A stretch of DNA of 64,000 bases from Azolla caroliniana (taxonomy: Eukaryota; Plantae; Polypodiophyta): contig JBHGNT010000106.1 in the NCBI GenBank assembly GCA_043228905.1, positions 1 through 64,000 of the forward strand, given 5' to 3'. Made by a program: the position numbers and the translations under genes. Shown one piece after another: positions 54,501-64,000 of this stretch (the stretch's first letter is position 1; every line of letters begins with the position of its first letter). The notes under the pieces were generated by a model. It made no database searches and was not told where the DNA came from. It saw only the letters and a list, made by a program, of their open reading frames with translations.

Positions 54501-56295
54501 AATCCGATATCACACGAGCCAGGTATGAACATTTTAATTTACTCAAGGGCTCCTCTCAACTCCCTCCTCATGTTTCCTAATTTCGTCATGTCTCTCGACC
54601 TGAGTTTCAAAATCTTGATTTTTTAATTCCATATCGTAGCTAGCGTTGTTAGCTTCGATTCGCATGTTTGAACACAAAAATCCGATATCACACGAGCCAG
54701 GTATGAACATTTTAATTTACTCAAGGGCTCCTCTCAACTCCCTCCTCATGTTTCCTAATTTCGTCATGTCTCTCGACCTGAGTTTCAAAATCTTGATTTT
54801 TTAATTCCATATCGTAGCTAGCGTTGTTAGCTTCGATTCGCATGTTTGAACACAAAAATCCGATATCACACGAGCCAGGTATGAACATTTTAATTTACTC
54901 AAGGGCTCCTCTCAACTCCCTCCTCAAATTTGGTAATTTCATCATGTCTCTTGACCTGAGTTTCAAAATCTTGATTTTTTAATTCCATATCATAGCTAGC
55001 GTTGTTAGCTTCGAATTGCATGTTTGAACACAAAAATTCGATATTACACGAGCCAGGTATGAACATTTTAATTTACTCAAGGGCTCTTCCCAACTCACTC
55101 CTCAAATTTGCTAATTTCGTCATGTCTCTCGACCTGAGTTTCAAAATCTTGATTTTTTAATTCCATATCATAGCTAGCGTTGTTAGGTTCGATTCGCTTG
55201 GTTGAACGCAAAAATCCGATATCACACGAGCCAGGTATGAACATTTTCATTTACTCAAGGGCTCCTCTCAACTCCCTCCTCATGTTTGCTAATTTCGTCA
55301 TGTCTCTCGACCTGAGTTTCAAAATCTTGATTTTTTAATTCCATATCATAGCTAGCGTTGTTAGCTTCGATTCGCATGTTTGAACACAAAAATCCGATAT
55401 CACACGAGCCACGTATGAACATTTTAATTTACTCAAGGGCTCCTCTCAACTCCCTCCTCATGTTTGCTAATTTCGTCATGTCTCTCGACCTGAGTTTCAA
55501 AATCTTGATTTTTTAATTCCATATCATAGCTAGCGTTGTTAGCTTCGATTCGCATGTTTGAACACAAAAATCCGATATCACACGAGCCAGGTATGAACAT
55601 TTTAATTTACTCAAGGGCTCCTCTCAACTCCCTCCTCAAATTTGGTAATTTCATCATGTCTCTTGACCTGAGTTTCAAAATCTTGATTTTTTAATTCCAT
55701 ATCATAGCTAGCGTTGTTAGCTTCGAATCGCATGTTTGAACACAAAAATCCGATATCACACGAGGCAGGTATGAACATTTTAATTTACTCAAGGGCTCTT
55801 CCCAACTCACTCCTCAAATTTGCTAATTTCGTCATGTCTCTCGACCTGAGTTTCAAAATCTTGATTTTTTAATTCCATATCATAGCTAGCGTTGTTAGCT
55901 TCGATTCGCATGTTTGAACACAAAAATCCGATATCACACGAGCCAGGTATGAACATTTTAATTTACTCAAGGGCTCCTCTCAACTCCCTCCTCAAATTTG
56001 GTAATTTCATCATGTCTCTTGACTTGAGTTTCAAAATCTTGATTTTTTAATTCCATATCATAGCTAGCGTTGTTAGCTTCGAATCGCATGTTTGAACACA
56101 AAAATCCGATATCACACGAGGCAGGTATGAACATTTTAATTTACTCAAGGGCTCTTCCCAACTCACTCCTCAAATTTGCTAATTTCGTCATGTCTCTCGA
56201 CCTGAGTTTCAAAATCTTGATTTTTTAATTCCATATCGTAGCTAGCGTTGTTAGCTTCGATTTGCATGTTTGAACACAAAAATCCGATATCACAC
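51570..56295 (+). repeat. Block duplicated at a 17-monomer offset (3024 bp)
   Basis: Rare variants AATTCGATATTAC at 52011/55035 and GACTTGAG at 52997/56021 are both offset by 3024 = 17x178-2. Confidence 0.8.
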
Positions 56296-59200
56296 GAGCC
56301 AGGTATGAACATTTTAATTTACTAAAGGGCTCCTCTCAACTCCCTCCTCAAGTTTGCTAATTTCGTCATGTCTCTCGACCTGAGTCTCAAAATCTTGATT
56401 TTTTAATTCCATATCATAGCTAGCGTTGTTAGCTTCGATTCGCATGTTTGAACACAAGAATCCGATATCACAGGAGCCAGGTATGAACATTTTAATTTAC
56501 TCAAGGGCTCCTCTCAACTCCCTCCTCATGTTTGCTAATATCGTCATGTCTCTCGACCTGAGTTTCAAAATCTTGATTTTTTAATTCCATATCATAGCTA
56601 GCGTTGTTAGCTTCGATTCGCATGTTTGAACACAAAAATCCGATATCACACGAGCTAGGTATGAACATTTTAATTTACTCAAGGGCTCCTCTCAACTCCC
56701 TCCTCATGTTTGCTAATTTCGCCATGTCTGTCGACCTGAGTTTCAAAATCTTGATTTTTTAATTCCATATTATAGCTAGCGTTGTTAGCTTCGAATCGCA
56801 TATTTGAACACAAAAATCCGATATCACACGAGGCAGGCATGAACATTTTAATTTACTGAAGGGCTCTTCTCAACTCACTCCTCAAATTTGCTAATTTCGT
56901 CATGTCTCTCGACCTGAGTTTCAAAATCTTGATTTTTTAATTCCATATCGTAGCTAGCGTTGTTAGCTTCGATTTGCATGTTTGAACACAAAAATCCGAT
57001 ATCACACGAGGCAGGTATGAACATTTTAATTTACTCAAGGGCTCTTCCCAACTCACTCCTCAAATTTGCTAATTTCGTCATGTCTCTTGACCTGATTTTC
57101 AAAATCTTGATTTTTTAATTCCATATCGTAGCTAGCGTTGTTAGCTTCGATTTGCATGTTTGAACACAAAAATCCGATATCACACGAGGCAGGTATGAAC
57201 ATTTTAATTTACTCAAGGGCTCTTCTCAACCACTCCTCAAATTTGCTAATTTCGTCATGTCTCTCGACCTGAGTTTCAAAATCTTGATTTTTTAAGTCCA
57301 TATCATAGCTAGCGTTGTTAGCTTCGATTCGCATGTTTGAACACAAAAATCGGATATCACACGAGCCAGGTATGAACATTTTCATTTACTCAAGGCTTCC
57401 TCTCAACTCCCTCCTCATGTTTGCTAATGTCGTCATGTCTCTCGACCTGAGTTTCAAAATCTTGATATTTTAATTCCATATCATAGCTAGCGTTGTTAGC
57501 TTCGATTCGCATGTTTGAACACAAAAATCCGATATCACACGAGCTAGGTATGAACATTTTAATTTACTCAAGGGCTCCTCTCAACTCCCTCCTCATGTTT
57601 GCTAATTTCGCCATGTCTGTCGACCTGAGTTTCAAAATCTTGATTTTTTAATTCCATATTATAGCTAGCGTTGTTAGCTTCGAATCGCATATTTGAACAC
57701 AAAAATCCGATATCACACGAGGCAGGCATGAACATTTTAATTTACTCAAGGGCTCTTCTCAACTCACTCCTCAAATTTGCTAATTTCGTCATGTCTCTCG
57801 ACCTGAGTTTCAAAATCTTGATTTTTTAATTCCATATCGTAGCTAGCGTTGTTAGCTTCGATTCGCATGTTTGAACACAAAAATCCGATATCACACGAGC
57901 CAGGTATGAACATTTTAATTTACTCAAGGGCTCCTCTCAACTCCCTCCTCAAATTTGGTAATTTCATCATGTCTCTTGACCTGAGTTTCAAAATCTTGAT
58001 TTTTTAATTCCATATCATAGCTAGCGTTTTTAGCTTCGAATCGCATGTTTGAACACAAAAATCCGATATCACACGAGCCAGGTATGAACATTTTCATTTA
58101 CTCACAGGCTCCTCTCAACTCACTACTCACATTTGTTAATTTCGTCATGTCTCTCGACCTGAGTTTCAAAATCTTGATTTTTTAATTCCATATCATAGCT
58201 AGCGTTGTTAGCTTCGATTCGCATGTTTGAACACAAAAATCCGATATCACACGAGCCAGGTATGAACATTTTAATTTACTCAAGGGCTCCTCTCAACTCC
58301 CTCCTCAAATTTGGTAATTTCATCATGTCTCTTGACCTGAGTTTCAAAATCTTGATTTTTTAATTCCATATTATAGCTAGCGTTGTTAGCTTCGAATCGC
58401 ATGTTTGAACACAAAAATCCGATATCACACGAGGCAGGTATGAACATTTTAATTTACTCAAGGGCTCTTCCCAACTCACTCCTCAAATTTGCTAATTTCG
58501 TCATGTCTCTCGACCTGAGTTTCAAAATCTTGATTTTTTAATTCCATATCGTAGCTAGCGTTGTTAGCTTCGATTTGCATGTTTGAACACAAAAATCCGA
58601 TATCACACGAGGCAGGTATGAACATTTTAATTTACTCAAGGGCTCTTCTCAACCACTCCTCAAATTTGCTAATTTCGTCATGTCTCTCGACCTGAGTTTC
58701 AAAATCTTGATTTTTTAATTCCATATTATAGCTAGCGTTGTTAGCTTCGATTCGCATGTTTGAACACAAAAATCCGATATCACACGAGCCAGGTATGAAC
58801 ATTTTAATTTACTAAAGGGCTCCTCTCAACTCCCTCCTCAAGTTTGCTAATTTCGTCATGTCTCTCGACCTGAGTCTCAAAATCTTGATTTTTTAATTCC
58901 ATATCATAGCTAGCGTTGTTAGCTTCGATTCGCATGTTTGAACACAAGAATCCGATATCACAGGAGCCAGGTATGAACATTTTAATTTACTCAAGGGCTC
59001 CTCTCAACTCCCTCCTCATGTTTGCTAATATCGTCATGTCTCTCGACCTGAGTTTCAAAATCTTGATTTTTTAATTCCATATCATAGCTAGCGTTGTTAG
59101 CTTCATTCGCATGTTTGAACACAAAAATCCGATATCACACGAGCTAGGTATGAACATTTTAATTTACTCAAGGGCTCCTCTCAACTCCCTCCTCATGTTT

Positions 59201-62200
59201 GCTAATTTCGCCATGTCTGTCGACCTGAGTTTCAAAATCTTGATTTTTTAATTCCATATTATAGCTAGCGTTGTTAGCTTCGAATCGCATATTTGAACAC
59301 AAAAATCCGATATCACACGAGGCAGGCATGAACATTTTAATTTACTCAAGGGCTCTTCTCAACTCACTCCTCAAATTTGCTAATTTCGTCATGTCTCTCG
59401 ACCTGAGTTTCAAAATCTTGATTTTTTAATTCCATATCGTAGCTAGCGTTGTTAGCTTCGATTTGCATGTTTGAACACAAAAATCCGATATCACACGAGG
59501 CAGGTATGAACATTTTAATTTACTCAAGGGCTCTTCCCAACTCACTCCTCAAATTTGCTAATTTCGTCATGTCTCTTGACCTGATTTTCAAAATCTTGAT
59601 TTTTTAATTCCATATCGTAGCTAGCGTTGTTAGCTTCGATTTGCATGTTTGAACACAAAAATCCGATATCACACGAGGCAGGTATGAACATTTTAATTTA
59701 CTCAAGGGCTCTTCTCAACCACTCCTCAAATTTGCTAATTTCGTCATGTCTCTCGACCTGAGTTTCAAAATCTTGATTTTTTAAGTCCATATCATAGCTA
59801 GCGTTGTTAGCTTCGATTCGCATGTTTGAACACAAAAATCGGATATCACACGAGCCAGGTATGAACATTTTCATTTACTCAAGGCTTCCTCTCAACTCCC
59901 TCCTCATGTTTGCTAATGTCGTCATGTCTCTCGACCTGAGTTTCAAAATCTTGATATTTTAATTCCATATCATAGCTAGCGTTGTTAGCTTCGATTCGCA
60001 TGTTTGAACACAAAAATCCGATATCACACGAGCTAGGTATGAACATTTTAATTTACTCAAGGGCTCCTCTCAACTCCCTCCTCATGTTTGCTAATTTCGC
60101 CATGTCTGTCGACCTGAGTTTCAAAATCTTGATTTTTTAATTCCATATTATAGCTAGCGTTGTTAGCTTCGAATCGCATATTTGAACACAAAAATCCGAT
60201 ATCACACGAGGCAGGCATGAACATTTTAATTTACTCAAGGGCTCTTCTCAACTCACTCCTCAAATTTGCTAATTTCGTCATGTCTCTCGACCTGAGTTTC
60301 AAAATCTTGATTTTTTAATTCCATATCGTAGCTAGCGTTGTTAGCTTCGATTCGCATGTTTGAACACAAAAATCCGATATCACACGAGCCAGGTATGAAC
60401 ATTTTAATTTACTCAAGGGCTCCTCTCAACTCCCTCCTCAAATTTGGTAATTTCATCATGTCTCTTGACCTGAGTTTCAAAATCTTGATTTTTTAATTCC
60501 ATATCATAGCTAGCGTTTTTAGCTTCGAATCGCATGTTTGAACACAAAAATCCGATATCACACGAGCCAGGTATGAACATTTTCATTTACTCACAGGCTC
60601 CTCTCAACTCACTACTCACATTTGTTAATTTCGTCATGTCTCTCGACCTGAGTTTCAAAATCTTGATTTTTTAATTCCATATCGTAGCTAGCGTTGTTAG
60701 CTTCGATTTGCATGTTTGAACACAAAAATCCGATATCACACGAGCCAGGTATGAACATTTTAATTTACTCAAGGGCTCTTCTCAACCACTCCTCAAATTT
60801 GGTAATTTCGTCATGTCTCTCGACCTGAGTTTCAAAATCTTGATTTTTTAATTCCATATTATAGTTAGCGTTGTTAGCTTCGATTCGCATGTTTGAACAC
60901 AAAAATCCGATATCACACGAGGCAGGTATGAACATTTTAATTTACTAAAGGGCTCCTCTCAACTCCCTCCTCAAGTTTGCTAATTTCGTCATGTCTCTCG
61001 ACCTGAGTCTCAAAATCTTGATTTTTTAATTCCATATCATAGCTAGCGTTGTTAGCTTCGATTCGCATGTTTGAACACAAGAATCCGATATCACAGGAGC
61101 CAGGTATGAACATTTTAATTTACTCAAGGGCTCCTCTCAACTCCCTCCTCATGTTTGCTAATATCGTCATGTCTCTCGACCTGAGTTTCAAAATCTTGAT
61201 TTTTTAATTCCATATCATAGCTAGCGTTGTTAGCTTCATTCGCATGTTTGAACACAAAAATCCGATATCACACGAGCTAGGTATGAACATTTTAATTTAC
61301 TCAAGGGCTCCTCTCAACTCCCTCCTCATGTTTGCTAATTTCGCCATGTCTGTCGACCTGAGTTTCAAAATCTTGATTTTTTAATTCCATATTATAGCTA
61401 GCGTTGTTAGCTTCGAATCGCATATTTGAACACAAAAATCCGATATCACACGAGGCAGGCATGAACATTTTAATTTACTCAAGGGCTCTTCTCAACTCAC
61501 TCCTCAAATTTGCTAATTTCGTCATGTCTCTCGACCTGAGTTTCAAAATCTTGATTTTTTAATTCCATATCGTAGCTAGCGTTGTTAGCTTCGATTTGCA
61601 TGTTTGAACACAAAAATCCGATATCACACGAGGCAGGTATGAACATTTTAATTTACTCAAGGGCTCTTCCCAACTCACTCCTCAAATTTGCTAATTTCGT
61701 CATGTCTCTTGACCTGATTTTCAAAATCTTGATTTTTTAATTCCATATCGTAGCTAGCGTTGTTAGCTTCGATTTGCATGTTTGAACACAAAAATCCGAT
61801 ATCACACGAGGCAGGTATGAACATTTTAATTTACTCAAGGGCTCTTCTCAACCACTCCTCAAATTTGCTAATTTCGTCATGTCTCTCGACCTGAGTTTCA
61901 AAATCTTGATTTTTTAAGTCCATATCATAGCTAGCGTTGTTAGCTTCGATTCGCATGTTTGAACACAAAAATCGGATATCACACGAGCCAGGTATGAACA
62001 TTTTCATTTACTCAAGGCTTCCTCTCAACTCCCTCCTCATGTTTGCTAATGTCGTCATGTCTCTCGACCTGAGTTTCAAAATCTTGATATTTTAATTCCA
62101 TATCATAGCTAGCGTTGTTAGCTTCGATTCGCATGTTTGAACACAAAAATCCGATATCACACGAGCTAGGTATGAACATTTTAATTTACTCAAGGGCTCC

Positions 62201-64000
62201 TCTCAACTCCCTCCTCATGTTTGCTAATTTCGCCATGTCTGTCGACCTGAGTTTCAAAATCTTGATTTTTTAATTCCATATTATAGCTAGCGTTGTTAGC
62301 TTCGAATCGCATATTTGAACACAAAAATCCGATATCACACGAGGCAGGCATGAACATTTTAATTTACTCAAGGGCTCTTCTCAACTCACTCCTCAAATTT
62401 GCTAATTTCGTCATGTCTCTCGACCTGAGTTTCAAAATCTTGATTTTTTAATTCCATATCGTAGCTAGCGTTGTTAGCTTCGATTCGCATGTTTGAACAC
62501 AAAAATCCGATATCACACGAGCCAGGTATGAACATTTTAATTTACTCAAGGGCTCCTCTCAACTCCCTCCTCAAATTTGGTAATTTCATCATGTCTCTTG
62601 ACCTGAGTTTCAAAATCTTGATTTTTTAATTCCATATCATAGCTAGCGTTTTTAGCTTCGAATCGCATGTTTGAACACAAAAATCCGATATCACACGAGC
62701 CAGGTATGAACATTTTCATTTACTCACAGGCTCCTCTCAACTCACTACTCACATTTGTTAATTTCGTCATGTCTCTCGACCTGAGTTTCAAAATCTTGAT
62801 TTTTTAATTCCATATCATAGCTAGCGTTGTTAGCTTCGATTCGCATGTTTGAACACAAAAATCCGATATCACACGAGCCAGGTATGAACATTTTAATTTA
62901 CTCAAGGGCTCCTCTCAACTCCCTCCTCAAATTTGGTAATTTCATCATGTCTCTTGACCTGAGTTTCAAAATCTTGATTTTTTAATTCCATATTATAGCT
63001 AGCGTTGTTAGCTTCGAATCGCATGTTTGAACACAAAAATCCGATATCACACGAGGCAGGTATGAACATTTTAATTTACTCAAGGGCTCTTCCCAACTCA
63101 CTCCTCAAATTTGCTAATTTCGTCATGTCTCTCGACCTGAGTTTCAAAATCTTGATTTTTTAATTCCATATCGTAGCTAGCGTTGTTAGCTTCGATTTGC
63201 ATGTTTGAACACAAAAATCCGATATCACACGAGGCAGGTATGAACATTTTAATTTACTCAAGGGCTCTTCTCAACCACTCCTCAAATTTGCTAATTTCGT
63301 CATGTCTCTCGACCTGAGTTTCAAAATCTTGATTTTTTAATTCCATATTATAGCTAGCGTTGTTAGCTTCGATTCGCATGTTTGAACACAAAAATCCGAT
63401 ATCACACGAGCCAGGTATGAACATTTTAATTTACTAAAGGGCTCCTCTCAACTCCCTCCTCAAGTTTGCTAATTTCGTCATGTCTCTCGACCTGAGTCTC
63501 AAAATCTTGATTTTTTAATTCCATATCATAGCTAGCGTTGTTAGCTTCGATTCGCATGTTTGAACACAAGAATCCGATATCACAGGAGCCAGGTATGAAC
63601 ATTTTAATTTACTCAAGGGCTCCTCTCAACTCCCTCCTCATGTTTGCTAATATCGTCATGTCTCTCGACCTGAGTTTCAAAATCTTGATTTTTTAATTCC
63701 ATATCATAGCTAGCGTTGTTAGCTTCATTCGCATGTTTGAACACAAAAATCCGATATCACACGAGCTAGGTATGAACATTTTAATTTACTCAAGGGCTCC
63801 TCTCAACTCCCTCCTCATGTTTGCTAATTTCGCCATGTCTGTCGACCTGAGTTTCAAAATCTTGATTTTTTAATTCCATATTATAGCTAGCGTTGTTAGC
63901 TTCGAATCGCATATTTGAACACAAAAATCCGATATCACACGAGGCAGGCATGAACATTTTAATTTACTCAAGGGCTCTTCTCAACTCACTCCTCAAATTT
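56050..64000 (+). repeat. Right-end HOR array: 14-mer, 12-mer, 14-mer units (2490, 2133, 2489 bp), continuing off the window
   Basis: TGAGTCTC marker at 56381, 58871, 61004 and 63493. CTAGCGTTTTTAG at 58021, 60510 and 62643. Confidence 0.88.

Larger units (their letters stand above)
1..64000 (+). repeat. Tandem satellite DNA array, 178-bp monomer, about 360 head-to-tail copies in one orientation (putative centromeric/heterochromatic satellite, family not recognised)
   Basis: AATTTCGTCATGTCTCTCGACCTGAG starts at 1, 179, 357 (with a variant) and continues with a 178-bp period to the end. The only length deviations I saw are 1-bp and 22-bp deletions. No unique sequence anywhere. The centromeric role is inferred from length and architecture only. 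Confidence 0.99.

Noticed and set aside
1-64000. CRISPR-like reading of alternating conserved and variable segments
   Set aside because: The variable parts are point variants of one sequence, not unique spacers. The period is 178 bp and there are no cas genes or leader.
1-64000. Embedded retrotransposon, inversion or telomeric repeat
   Set aside because: Marker offsets are accounted for by multiples of 178 minus the known small deletions, leaving no room for insertions. I saw no reverse-orientation monomers or TTTAGGG/TTAGGG runs.

Overview
The whole 64 kb is one uninterrupted head-to-tail tandem satellite array: about 360 copies of a 178-bp monomer (about 37% GC in monomer 1), all in the same orientation and running off both ends of the window. 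I see no genes, RNA genes, transposon insertions, inversions or CRISPR array, and the listed ORFs are by-products of single-base variants in the repeat. Monomer length, homogeneity and higher-order repeat (HOR) structure resemble a eukaryotic, possibly plant, centromeric or heterochromatic satellite. I do not recognise the family, and it does not look like Arabidopsis CEN178 or primate alpha satellite. Diagnostic variants divide the array into three layers. The left domain (about 1-33 kb) is very homogeneous and built on an 8-monomer core plus insert modules. The middle zone (about 33-47.9 kb) is more diverged and mosaic, with 11-mer and 4-mer periodicities. The right domain (about 47.9-64 kb) uses a different variant set, with 8-, 17- and 14/12/14-mer units. 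The most notable observations are that 14-monomer (about 2.49 kb) units recur with four different internal compositions, and that a duplicated 22-bp deletion gives 156-bp monomers. All periods were measured by eye from marker variants, so boundaries are approximate. I found no evidence of a novel protein-coding system.
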